Source: Gammaproteobacteria bacterium (GTDB taxonomy: Bacteria; Pseudomonadota; Gammaproteobacteria; JBCCGL01). From it: DNA of 64,000 nucleotides. Made by a program: the position numbers and the translations under genes. The DNA lies in NCBI GenBank assembly GCA_965277715.1, contig OZ255836.1:320001-384000 (forward strand). Direction: 5' to 3'. The notes under the pieces are model-generated. The model did no database searches, was not told where the DNA came from, and saw only the letters and a list, made by a program, of their open reading frames with translations. Positions 40,301 to 49,125 of this stretch are shown here, piece after piece (position 1 is the stretch's first letter; each line of letters starts with the position of its first letter).

Positions 40301-42349
40301 GATCGTAACACCGGGTGGTTGAACAGCATCAAAACTGGTATCGGCAACGATTTGCTGCGCAACCTGAGCTACAGCTACGACAAACGTTATAACGTCACCA
40401 GCCGACACGATACGCTGGCAGGTGTAAGTGAGCACTACGGCTACGATAGCCTGGATCGCCTGCAAAGCTGGCAATATAGCGATCCACAGCGGCAGTTGGC
40501 GCGCAGCTACAGCTACGATAGCCGAGGCAACATCACCCACAAGAGCGACGCGGGTTCGATGAGTTACGCGGCCAACAATCGTCTGCAAAGTCGGGTAGAC
40601 CCAACCGGAGCTAATCATACCTATCTTTACGACGCCAATGGCAATATGCAGTCGGGTGACGGCAGAAGTTACACCTGGACCAGTTTTAACAAAGTGGCAC
40701 GCGTCAGCCAGTCGGGCCACCAGGTCGATTACCGTTACGACAGCGAACAAAACCGCGTATCGCGTCAGGCTAATGGGCAGACCACCTACTACATCACCCC
40801 CGGTTTGGAGCTTGTGACCGAAACGGATGCCAACGGCGAGGTGATAAACCGTGCCAGACACAATATTTTTGTTGATGGTCAGGTCGTGGCTACCTACGAG
40901 AAGACGCTGGTGGGCACGACCGAAACGCCCGATAAGGTGGCCTATATTCACCGTGACGCCTTGGGTAGCGTCGATACGGTAACCGACAGCCACGGTAATG
41001 TGGTGATGCGCAATCAGTTTGCACCGTATGGTGAAAACCTGAGTGCGAACAAACCAAGCCCGGCGTTTAAACGACACGAGCTACGTGGTTACACCGGGCA
41101 CGAATCGGTAGCGGAAACTGGCTTAATTAATATGAATGCGCGTCTGTATGATCCGGTAATTGGGCGGTTTATCAGTGCCGACAGCGTGGTGCCTGAACCG
41201 GGTATGGGGATGGCGTATAACCGCTATATGTATGTGGTGGGGAATCCGCTGAAGTACAGTGACCCTACCGGGCACTGGTGGCACTTTGTCGTTGCGGCGG
41301 TGCTTTATGTTATCGGGTCCACTACGGATGACCCAACGATTCGCACGGTGAGTTTTGCTGTGGCCAGTGCGTTGTTGATAGCCAATCCTGTATTTTCGGC
41401 AAATACTGTTGTCAGTACGACCATAATAGAACCGGGCCTGGCAATCTCAACGACGTTAGGTGCGACTGGAGCAGCGGTAGCCAATGGTGCTTTGGTGGGG
41501 TTTGTGAACGGCTATTTCGCCAGCGGTGGTGATTTTGGTGCGGCGCTTCAGGGAGGGATTATTGGTGGTGTGAGTGGAGGGGTTACGGATCAAATAGGTC
41601 ATGGTGGCATTTTTACTGGAGAGAATGCGTGGTTTTCGCAGGCGTTGGCGCATGGGGTTTTTCAGGGATTGATTAGTGAAATTCAGGGAGGGGAGTTTCA
41701 GGCGGGGCTTGCCAGTGGGTTTGTTGCGAAGGTTGGGGGGCATTATTTAGAAGGTACAGCGCTGGATAATATAGCGGGTATATCTATTTTGGGTGGTTTG
41801 GCGAGTAAGGCGGCTGGAGGGGATTTTTTGCAGGGGGCAATTCAGGCGGCTTTTGTTTATATGTATAATGACAAGAATGCACAGAAGAGACCGAGTTATT
41901 CGAAAATGGAAAAGAACTATCCTAGTGGTGACGCGGAAGATGTCTTTGGTGCAGTTGGAGGTAAAGTAGCCATCAATGGAAAGATACCAGCTGATCAAGG
42001 TGGTTGGGAGAATTCCTGTACGGTTAGGATTTCCGTTTGCATGAATGCTAGTGGTGCTGATATTCCTTTTATGAAGGGAGAGACAAGTTCAGGGGCAAAT
42101 GGCAAATGGCATATTTATAGGGTTAAAACACTGGAAAGATATTTGACTGATATGTGGGGGGCTCCAGATATATTGAGTACGAATAAGGCCGATTTCTTTG
42201 GACATAAAGGCATAATTATTTTCGATACTATGGGGACTTGGGTCAATGCATCTGGTCATGCGACTCTATGGCATGGTTCAGGGACGGTTGATGGTAGCAA
42301 TTATTTTGATGAGTCTAGTCGAATTATGTTATGGGCTTTACCGGACTAG
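34349..42349 (+). CDS. Rhs/YD-repeat polymorphic toxin with SpvB-like N-terminus, FG-GAP repeats and a Tae4-like amidase C-terminus
   Basis: Signal peptide; YSLPLELPAG...MRPALSLNY (SpvB/TcB-like); DxNxDG repeats; YD repeats; GYTGHE..MNARLYDPVIGRF..YNRYMY..NPL.YSDPTG; tip NSCTVRIS..GIIIF....W..ASGHATLW. Confidence 0.9.
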   Translation: MYSFIKIIAKTLLTFAALLVIQITPSLAEEQLLVGKLSGDAEVRQGMLSYSLPLELPAGVHDMRPALSLNYQQGASNGVFGLGFALGGVSSIQRCAADEDNDGFQGAIRFDSNDRYCLNGQRLIVVAGTDGGNGSEYRLRYSPGTKVTAHGQQASGPEYWEVRSADGFIHRYGQGGDSIKLIAGKAQQWYLREQRDRFDNTLTYTYQNQNGLIQLKDIEYSSYTVEFVYQQRPDVMTSYQLGEATTQDNRLSRLQVKRQSQLIYEYRFGYSDSPDDAFIPPGIARDNSQTKLEHVARLRVQADSIDELIEERRSERAQHTDQLDEYSAQSADLEEKIQNAEDDATNKQNAATLYRSNALQLQQEAMQIYQQHTTTTTEAYPNPVPISVGDIMFFVHEHTNTTFNSSFWETAHEDKLAQSNSYMRLASSHEDLAQASTESAQGYSEAIAEIEAARTLPQHAAELANASISKLEASAASLRQQADTLEDDVATTLNQQVQTNTTSTASESRYSRLSKVTRCDAQGNCLAPLQFDYHSEPAEISAPSAIQQVLLAASDEPLTYVVGDLNKDGNNDLCYYEDGLYCSLNAGDGNFSTATKWTTALDPGAGGENWTNSNDDDRGEEEKLITLSLIDINRDAQPDYCLLGDNGIFCGINENGERFVDSSYKVSDLTIDNAVRFIDIDRDRWVDFCAFKEDGLYCARNLEGTSVTETVKVPGTDFGFLLEHAVSKTTTTIHKTKGDDRIETSTTTETSTTTETSKTPQPSRMDVNGDGYADICGLKRDPDSSDLDYQCALGHGYASVDGVEYPEFGSPEVWAASLPALSTTQEFIETRVLNRTFRHADINADGLADLCYRRGGDYMCRINTGAGFNAETSWFTFSGADWAESVWLPVIEASISLTDRNGDQLADFCTLVADEQKCAYSDGGAFTNYAARMPVLADYEIEDKSESLYLHSLKRLFGLKTHIHTVIMRAAYGPFKQVSDIDGDGYPDDCYRSHDGISCGIAVYQPLARLVSVTDGYGLRTDFNYSNLASPAVYTPESDAVSPLLDITPATLVINSIVSDNAIGGKNTLEFHYQGYKTHREDGAVGYHKIEKRNLTSGLTTLTEYSTDELLKGTPVRVTQHSNGQLISETASTHEEITDPLTGRERARVSYSVEHDYALDGSLIKTEETHYHAYNAFDQLLRLETVTRGADGIEYRQLTESNYLNDEAEWVLAKPLTIEVTHSVPGDTKKRATAFSYYPNGALRTETIQPGHPLALESTFSYNTEGNLTQTFIKGVESSETRTSSLGEYDVDGRPGLATNALGHTNRTQYHALCGLPVAQTDANGLSVLWEYDGACRKIKETLPDGQVTEWFYQWSDGADAGLDYQSLGLPLGDRSVYMITERNNTTGAWSRIYYDALDREVRTMHLDGNYKYVITDKVYNHRGQIAAATLPYFEGHFPGDNTFWSTIEYDQLGRQLAQHMPSSDGPITTRYEYQGLTTTVIEPNDYRKVTVSDVRDNPVSIDENGASTVSYQYDALGNAIQTNSNGYITTLEYDQLGNKIAMSDPSMGRWEYRYNAFGELIYQKDAKGQEVVLQYDVLGRKTASQQVDGNYHWRYDSAENGLGQLSEREGPESLRRYTYDDLARPDSETLNIDGRRFTTRNSYDQASRIDKVEHADGVVLEHDYTLDGNLKRVSIPKSVIWDYDYLQIEDAFRAILQRIAGLESIATEYESRAGHYAGQLEKFRTLANQLYAQQATTLTETQQIQAGIAELEAALRHAQDRASNYRTTADVAWQAFGSNYLEYQRTTNGYHLYSNTECTNSNWKRHCKNRNSFHQWIEANLIQDTDNCTSYVRRLGKSQDFAEITVTHCVWGPKSRINVSEVYLQAASQWQSEADAIAEQLDDSNAQLAHFDGVADEYGALASNYMALATIYADMARRQTDMLAAISTELEDLRNAAQELETVLGDDTQDDKTVLLWASTSRDAAGRLQGELYGNGLLTRREFDRNTGWLNSIKTGIGNDLLRNLSYSYDKRYNVTSRHDTLAGVSEHYGYDSLDRLQSWQYSDPQRQLARSYSYDSRGNITHKSDAGSMSYAANNRLQSRVDPTGANHTYLYDANGNMQSGDGRSYTWTSFNKVARVSQSGHQVDYRYDSEQNRVSRQANGQTTYYITPGLELVTETDANGEVINRARHNIFVDGQVVATYEKTLVGTTETPDKVAYIHRDALGSVDTVTDSHGNVVMRNQFAPYGENLSANKPSPAFKRHELRGYTGHESVAETGLINMNARLYDPVIGRFISADSVVPEPGMGMAYNRYMYVVGNPLKYSDPTGHWWHFVVAAVLYVIGSTTDDPTIRTVSFAVASALLIANPVFSANTVVSTTIIEPGLAISTTLGATGAAVANGALVGFVNGYFASGGDFGAALQGGIIGGVSGGVTDQIGHGGIFTGENAWFSQALAHGVFQGLISEIQGGEFQAGLASGFVAKVGGHYLEGTALDNIAGISILGGLASKAAGGDFLQGAIQAAFVYMYNDKNAQKRPSYSKMEKNYPSGDAEDVFGAVGGKVAINGKIPADQGGWENSCTVRISVCMNASGADIPFMKGETSSGANGKWHIYRVKTLERYLTDMWGAPDILSTNKADFFGHKGIIIFDTMGTWVNASGHATLWHGSGTVDGSNYFDESSRIMLWALPD
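36575..36620 (+). repeat. In-frame 18-bp tandem repeat (ETSTTT x2.5) in the Rhs gene
   Basis: GAAACCAGCACCACAACC repeated exactly. Confidence 0.85.
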
Positions 42350-42354
42350 TAAGT

Positions 42355-43002
42355 ATGGTTTTTTTTAAAGAGGTAAAAAGGAAGCTGATCGCTGTGCTGT
42401 TATTTCTTTTTTTGAGTTCTATAGGCGCTGTGCTCCATGCAGAGGTAGAAAAGGAGTACATTGAAGAGCTTGGGCAGACTCACTATAGCTACAAAAAAGG
42501 TAACTGTTTTTTTAAACTTATTTCTTTTGATTCTAGTTCGATTAATTCTAATATTTTAAATGTACGACGTTCTTGTTCATTTGGAGCTGTAGAGCAAGCG
42601 GGTTTGTTTGGTGTATTATTTTCTGAGATGAAACTGGATGGAAAGGTTGATCTAATTAATAGGATATCTTGGGGGAAAGTATCAAATTATGAAATAATAA
42701 AAAGACTGGCTGTGTCGGCAGTTAATTCATCGAGCTGGCGTGTTATTACTGGAAATAATACAAAGAAAATACTTGCTAAAAATATTCCAGAGGTGGCTAA
42801 TATTTTAAACAACTCATTGGTTTTTCGAGAGTTGGTTAATATATCAAGAGCACTCGGTTTTCAATTAAGTGTGAAATCAACCGAAGGTATTTTGGTTGCT
42901 AGAGTGGAAGAGATTGATGAATTTTCTGAGTTGATTTTACCTAAAGAATCTATAGTGCCATTTTCTGTAAATGTCTGGTTTTCCATTAGTGTTCTTGAAT
43001 AA
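42355..43002 (+). CDS. Putative immunity protein (exported)
   Basis: Starts 5 bp after the toxin stop; AT-rich; signal peptide ending VLHA; two Cys. Confidence 0.6.
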   Translation: MVFFKEVKRKLIAVLLFLFLSSIGAVLHAEVEKEYIEELGQTHYSYKKGNCFFKLISFDSSSINSNILNVRRSCSFGAVEQAGLFGVLFSEMKLDGKVDLINRISWGKVSNYEIIKRLAVSAVNSSSWRVITGNNTKKILAKNIPEVANILNNSLVFRELVNISRALGFQLSVKSTEGILVARVEEIDEFSELILPKESIVPFSVNVWFSISVLE

Positions 43003-43172
43003 AAAAATTTAAGCCATTGGCGAAGAAAGATAGGACAGATACTGTATTAATTGTAGCGTGCCATTTTCTGATCGTATAAATTCCCAAATCATTTATCATG
43101 ATGTTTTTCATTTTTCCGACATTTTTGCCACACTCTGATCATAACAAAAAATATTTTTACCATATTAAAACC

Positions 43173-43257
43173 GGTTCCTCCCCGGTTTGTGTGAGGTTAT
43201 AGTATTTCATCCCCCTTTGCTATTGAGAGGCTCCGGTGCTATCGAGCCTTGAAGAAC
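43173..43257 (+). mobile_element. ISL3 left-end remnant cut by IS66
   Basis: Near-identical to 32219-32303. Confidence 0.9.
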
Positions 43258-45409
43258 GTAAGCGCCAAAGAATAGGCGTCTACCAAATAGTCTGATCCTC
43301 CTTCACACTGCACCACAGCAATCCAATACCCGCTAGGTGTAATATGAGTAATAAAGAACGTGCGTTGTACTGGCGCAATCAAATTGAACAATGGCAAGCA
43401 TCCGGTTTGAGTGGTGCGCAGTTTTGCCAGGATAACGGCATCAACTTGAAGCAGTTTTACTATTGGAGCCGTAAATGTTCGCGTAAAACTATTCAAGCAG
43501 TGCAGAGTAACATGCCTGTAGCAGGCTTTACCCAAGTGATGGTGGCTGATAGGCAAAGGGCTGATCCGGGTTTGTGTTTTACGCTGGCCAATGGCTGTGC
43601 CATTTCTGGCATTACCGCCGCTAATGTGACGTTAGTTAGCGCGTTACTGGCGCAGTTATGACGGCCCGTTATTTGCGGCCATCGCTCGATGTTCCAAAGG
43701 TGTTTTTATACCGAGAGGCGGTGGACTTTCGTAAGCAAAGCAATGGCCTTGTGGCCATTGTTGAGCGAGAACTTGGCCACAACCTGTTTGATGGTGGCCT
43801 ATATGTGTTCACCAACAGGCACCGCAACAAAATCAAATGTCTGATGTGGGAGGACAACGGTTTTGTACTGTATTACAAAGCCTTGGCCGAAGAGCAATTT
43901 AAGTGGCCTGATCTCGATGAGGAAATCATTTCACTGACCGGCACAAAAATAAATTGGTTGCTTGATGGCTATGATTTAGCCGCAATGAAAGGCCACAAAG
44001 TATTGCATTACGAATCTGTTTTTTAGCCTGCTAAAGGGTGAAAAAGTGTTTGATTTTAATGATCTTTAGACAGCTATTTGGTATTATTACGCGATGGTTT
44101 TGGCATCGGAAATTCAACAAAAACAACGCAATTACACCGGCTTAACGGCTGCTGAATTAGTGACCGTGCTGGCAGAAAAAGAAGCCGAATTAGCGCACCA
44201 TAACCAAATTATTCAACGTCATAAAAACACTATTCGACGTCACACAAACAGCATTAAAAACCGCGATCACTACATTCGTTTGCTGGAAGAACGGTTGCGT
44301 CTTTCCAAGGTTCAGAGGTTCGGTGCTAACAGCGAAAAGCTTGCCTTCCAGATTGACTTGTTTGATGAAGCGGAACTCGAACAAGCCATTGTCGACATTG
44401 ATAGCCAGCTACCGGATGAGTTGCTACCTCAGCCTACGGTCACGAACAAGAAAAAACGTCAACGCGGCTTCTCCAACCACTTACCCCGTGTGCGCGTTGA
44501 GCTGGCCTTAAGCGATGAGGAAAAAGCAGGTGCTACACGTACTTTCTTCGTTAAAGTCAAAGAAGAACTCCAATACATTCCCGCACAACTCAACGTTTTA
44601 GAGTACTGGCAAGAAAAGGCCGTCTTCAGCTACGCAGGTGATGACCACATCATCGCCGCACAACGCCCCATACACCCTTTGGGTAAGTGCTTTGCCAGCA
44701 CGGCCTTGCTCGCCAACATCATGGTGTCCAAATACGCCGATGGGTTGCCCTTGTAGGGTATAACGGGGTGTGCGAGCAGCAAAATCTGACACGTATCGGT
44801 TGCTGGGATCATGTGCGCCGAAAATTCATTGATGCCATTAAAGCCGCCGATAAAGCAAACACGAAAAAACCCCGTGCCTCGAAAGCCGATGTCGCCATCG
44901 GTAAAATCCGCAAGCTCTATCTCATTGAGAAAAAGATACAAGCGCTTGAACCCGCAGAAAAACAAACACTTCGCCAAGCACTCAGCCAACCGGTGTTGGA
45001 AGACTTCAAACAATGGCTGGATAAGCATATTACTAAGGTGGCTAAAAAGTCCCTTACGCGTAACGCCATGGACTATGCACTGAATCAATGGCATACCCTC
45101 ACAGGCTACTGTGATGATGGACGGTTACACATCAGCAACGTGCTGGCTGAAAATGCCATTAGGCCTTTTGCCGTGGGTAGAAAAGCCTGGTTGTTTGCCG
45201 ATTCAACCCGTGGCGCCCATGCCAGTGCCACATGTTACTCATTGATCGAAACGGCCAAAGCTAATGGTCTTGAACCCTATGCGTACATACTGCACGTCCT
45301 TAATCATATCGGTAGTGCCGATACTCTTGAAAAGATAGAGGCCTTGCTACCTTGGCATGTCGTTTTGGACATTACCTTGGAATAAAGGCTGTGATTTAAG
45401 GGCGCTTAC
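43258..45409 (+). mobile_element. IS66 copy 2 (tnpA 43344-43661, tnpB 43658-44026, tnpC 44094-45385 broken by an internal deletion at ~44755)
   Basis: Same IRs as copy 1; the segment equivalent to ~14586-14920 (including MDET and VDGY) is missing. Confidence 0.92.
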
Positions 45410-45528
45410 GTTGAATCGTAGCGAGGGCATCTTCAGTGCATTAGGTGCTCACAAAAGCAGTGAAGCTAATACGATCAGAATGTGGTGGAAAAACGACGGT
45501 CTGAGGAAGGAATCGAGGCATCAAATAA

Positions 45529-45605
45529 TGGCGCCCCGAAGAGGATTCGAACCTCTGACCTTCCGCTTAGGAGGCGGACGCTCTATCCAGCTGAGCTACC
45601 GGGGC
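45529..45605 (-). tRNA. tRNA-Arg (CCT)
   Basis: Reverse complement GCCCCGGTAGCTCAGCTGGATAGAGC..CT-CCT-AA..GGTTCGAATCC..GCCA; 77 nt. Confidence 0.96.
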
Positions 45606-45705
45606 TTTAGGTGTTTGTAGTGTAGACGATCATGGTTTGTGTTGGTACTACTTCAGGTGTTGTGTTGAAGTACGCCTGCTAAACTGACCGTTAGCCCAGT
45701 GATGC

Positions 45706-46563
45706 CTATGCTCGCCGCCAACCAAAACTAACCCGCTCTAATTTTTGCAAATCGCGTTGAGACTGCACGCCGATAAACCCCTGTTGTTGGAATATCGCCC
45801 TAACCGTTCTTCCTTGATTAAAGCTGTGCTCGACGGCCAATACTCCCTTGTTCGCCAGAAAAGGCATGGCGTTGACGACAATATGGCGAATGGCGTCCAG
45901 GCCATCGTGGCCACTAACCAATGCATTGCGCGGTTCATGCATTACGTCACCAGCATCCAGGTGTCTGTCTCCCTGGGCGATATACGGCGGGTTGCTGAGG
46001 ATGATGTCGAAACGATCATCGGCCAGTGCGCTGAACCAATCACTGAGTAAAAAACGCACATTACTGATACCGAGCGACTGGGCATTTTGCCGGGCGATGA
46101 ACAGGGCCTCTGCTGAGTTATCACAGGCGCAGATGTTGGTTTGTGGGCACTCTGTGGCAATGGCCAGTGCAATAGCGCCACTACCTGTGCCGAGATCAAG
46201 AATGCGCCGGGTTGACTGTACGCCCGGTTGTGCCTGTAGGTGGTTTAGCGCAACCGCTACCAATAGCTCGGTTTCCGGGCGTGGGATTAGGGTGTCCTGC
46301 GATACCTGTAGAGGCAGCGACCAGAACTCTTGTTTGCCGATCAGGTAGGCGATTGGCTGGCCTTTTTTGCGCTGCGCAATGAGCGTATCAAAGTGGTGCT
46401 GTTGTTCGGTGTTGAGTGTTTTTTCAGGCCATGCAAACAGGTGGCTGCGCGGTTTATCGAGCACATGCGCAAGCAGAATTTCTGCCTCCAGGCGCGGGTT
46501 GTCGCTGCCGAGTGTGGTAGTCGCCGTTTGCAGGGCAACGGCGATGCAGTGTAAATCAATCAC
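45706..46563 (-). CDS. prmC: Release factor glutamine methyltransferase PrmC (HemK)
   Basis: [28 protein letters not shown]. Confidence 0.96.
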   Translation of the reverse strand: MIDLHCIAVALQTATTTLGSDNPRLEAEILLAHVLDKPRSHLFAWPEKTLNTEQQHHFDTLIAQRKKGQPIAYLIGKQEFWSLPLQVSQDTLIPRPETELLVAVALNHLQAQPGVQSTRRILDLGTGSGAIALAIATECPQTNICACDNSAEALFIARQNAQSLGISNVRFLLSDWFSALADDRFDIILSNPPYIAQGDRHLDAGDVMHEPRNALVSGHDGLDAIRHIVVNAMPFLANKGVLAVEHSFNQGRTVRAIFQQQGFIGVQSQRDLQKLERVSFGWRRA

Positions 46564-47638
46564 CCAGTTCGGCGAGCAGGTCGGCCTGGTGTTCGGTGAC
46601 CAGGGGGGATACTACCTGGTCGAGGCCACCGAGCATAATCTCGTCCAGCTTATAGAGGGTTAAGTTGATGCGGTGGTCGGTAAGGCGGCCCTGGGGATAG
46701 TTGTAAGTACGGATGCGCTCCGAGCGGTCACCTGAACCGACTTGTAGGCGGCGCGATTCTGATTGTTCGGCTTGTTGCCGGGACACCTCGACATCGAGCA
46801 GGCGCGCCTGCAATAAGGACATGGCGCGTGCGCGGTTCTTGTGTTGACTGCGTTCGTCCTGGCACTCGACTACTATGCCGCTGGGTGTGTGGGTAATACG
46901 GATGGCCGAATCGGTTTTATTGACGTGCTGACCCCCCGCACCGGAAGCGCGAAATGTATTGATACGCAGATCCGCAGGGTTGAGGTCGATTGCCTCAACA
47001 TCTTCAACTTCAGGCAAAATTGCAACGGTGGCCGCTGAGGTGTGCACACGACCCTGTGACTCTGTTTCGGGTACACGCTGTACGCGGTGCGCGCCGGATT
47101 CAAACTTTAACTTTGAGTAAGCCCCCTGGCCGATTAGCCGTGCAATCACTTCTTTATAACCACCGTGGTCACCTTCGCGCTCATTGAGTAATTCGACTTT
47201 CCAGCCAAGGCTTTCTGCATAGCGGGTGTACATACGCATCAGATCGCCGGCAAAAATTGCCGCTTCATCACCGCCTGTACCGGCGCGAATTTCCAGAAAT
47301 ACATTGTTATCATCGCGTGGGTCCCTAGGTAATAGCAGTTTTTGCAGCGCTTGCTCAAGCGATTCTATTGTGTGCTTTGCACTGTCTATTTCCTCTTCTG
47401 CCATGGCGCGCATATCTGTGTCACTGTCCTGTGCCATTTCCCGTGCCGCTTCGAGATCGGCCTCGGCGGCGCGAAATTTTTGGTAGTTATCGACCGCTGG
47501 CTCCAGGTGCGCGTACTCGCGTGATAAATCGCGAAACTGGTTTTGGTTGGCGATAACCTCAGCCTGCCCAAGCAGCATCGCGATTTCTTCGTGGCGTGCA
47601 CTGACGTTTTCAAGTTTTTGACGAATTGAATCTTTCAC
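46556..47638 (-). CDS. prfA: Peptide chain release factor 1
   Basis: GGQ motif, PET motif, hemA-prfA-prmC operon. Confidence 0.97.
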   Translation of the reverse strand: MKDSIRQKLENVSARHEEIAMLLGQAEVIANQNQFRDLSREYAHLEPAVDNYQKFRAAEADLEAAREMAQDSDTDMRAMAEEEIDSAKHTIESLEQALQKLLLPRDPRDDNNVFLEIRAGTGGDEAAIFAGDLMRMYTRYAESLGWKVELLNEREGDHGGYKEVIARLIGQGAYSKLKFESGAHRVQRVPETESQGRVHTSAATVAILPEVEDVEAIDLNPADLRINTFRASGAGGQHVNKTDSAIRITHTPSGIVVECQDERSQHKNRARAMSLLQARLLDVEVSRQQAEQSESRRLQVGSGDRSERIRTYNYPQGRLTDHRINLTLYKLDEIMLGGLDQVVSPLVTEHQADLLAELGD

Positions 47639-47657
47639 TTACAGAGTCTTTACCCGG

Positions 47658-48917
47658 TTAGGTCGTAAATTTAAACAGCGTTCGCGCAGCCGTCAGTATG
47701 GTTTCGTCACCCTCTTCAGCGGCTGTGCGCAATTGCGTAGAAGGGCCGTGCAGCAATTTATTACTTAGCCTGTGCGCCAACGCATCAATAACCGCCTCGG
47801 GTGGCTTGCCTGCGAGAAGGGCTTTTTTGGCTTTTTCGATTTCTGTTTGTTTTATACCATCGGCGTAGTGGCGATAGTTGCGAATAATATCGGCTGATGC
47901 GAGCGAACGCGTCTGGCGCATAAACACATCGACCTGTGAGTCGATAATCTGCTCTGCCTGAGCGGCGGCATCAAGCCGTTTTTGCTGACCTTCCAGCACG
48001 ACCTTGTGCAAATCGTCAACTGCGTATAAAAAGACATCTTCCAACTCACCAACCTGCGGCTCAATATCACGGGGCACGGCGAGGTCAATCATGAAAATCA
48101 TACGGTGTTTGCGTGCCTTGAGTGCCTGCTCGACAGCACCTTTACCTAAAATAGGTAGCTGGCTGGCGGTTGACGATACCACGATATCGGCGTGCTCAAG
48201 CAATGCGGGTATCTGTTTGATCTCGACGGCACTGGCGGCGAACTGCTTGGCCAGTGTGGTGGCGCGGTCAATACTGCGGTTGGCAATAATCATTTTGCCA
48301 ATACCCTGTGCCCGTAAATGGCGGGCGGTCAGTTCAATGGTTTCGCCCGCGCCGATTAGCAAGGCTGTCCGGTCATCCAGTTTACTGAAAATTTGCCTGG
48401 CCAGGGTGACCGCTGCAAAGGCGACAGATACCGGGCTGCTGCCGATGGCGGTGTCGGTGCGCACTTGCTTGGCGACGCGAAAAGCGTGCTGAAATAGTTG
48501 TGTTAAGCGGTTGCCCAGCGTGCCGAGACGGCTGGCTTCGGTAAATGCCTGTTTGATCTGGCCGAGGATTTGTGGCTCGCCCAGTACCATTGAATCCAGC
48601 CCGCAGGATACTCTTAGCAGATGGTGAACTGCGTCACGATTTTCTCTCTGGACAAGGTACGGTGCGAAGTGACTGGGGGGGCGTCGATGGTAGTTGTGAA
48701 ACCATTGTGCGATCTTGTGCTCAGAACCACTCTCCAGCCCGCAGTATATTTCCGTTCGGTTGCAGGTAGAAACAATCGCCGCCTCGTGGACGCCGTCGAC
48801 CAATTTGAGCTCGCTGAGTGGCTCATACAACGACTCACCGACAAACGCGACTTGCTCGCGCACGTCGACAGGGGCAGTATTGTGGTTGAGTCCAAGAGCG
48901 ATAATAGGCATAACCAT
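47658..48917 (-). CDS. hemA: Glutamyl-tRNA reductase
   Basis: STCNRTEIY, GLDSMVLGEPQILGQ, IGAGE, DLAVPRDI. Confidence 0.97.
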   Translation of the reverse strand: MVMPIIALGLNHNTAPVDVREQVAFVGESLYEPLSELKLVDGVHEAAIVSTCNRTEIYCGLESGSEHKIAQWFHNYHRRPPSHFAPYLVQRENRDAVHHLLRVSCGLDSMVLGEPQILGQIKQAFTEASRLGTLGNRLTQLFQHAFRVAKQVRTDTAIGSSPVSVAFAAVTLARQIFSKLDDRTALLIGAGETIELTARHLRAQGIGKMIIANRSIDRATTLAKQFAASAVEIKQIPALLEHADIVVSSTASQLPILGKGAVEQALKARKHRMIFMIDLAVPRDIEPQVGELEDVFLYAVDDLHKVVLEGQQKRLDAAAQAEQIIDSQVDVFMRQTRSLASADIIRNYRHYADGIKQTEIEKAKKALLAGKPPEAVIDALAHRLSNKLLHGPSTQLRTAAEEGDETILTAARTLFKFTT

Positions 48918-49125
48918 TTATTTTATCAGAACATTGCGCAGTATTTTTATTTTACGGTTTTATGGTGTTGGTATCTTGGCAATGGCGGCTAATGCGCCTA
49001 GAGTTGTGATCAGTAGCTTGTGATTAATGCAGACAGAATTACGATACTGAAACAGCGCGGTGGTGTAATCTGTGAATAATGAAGTGGCAATTTGCTGTTT
49101 AGAAGATAACGTTTAAGAGATTGGA

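Noticed and set aside
13086-45409. A clean IS66 composite transposon carrying the integron and Rhs locus
   Set aside because: The outer flanks (GATATATT vs GTTGAATC) are not duplicated and the two copies have diverged.
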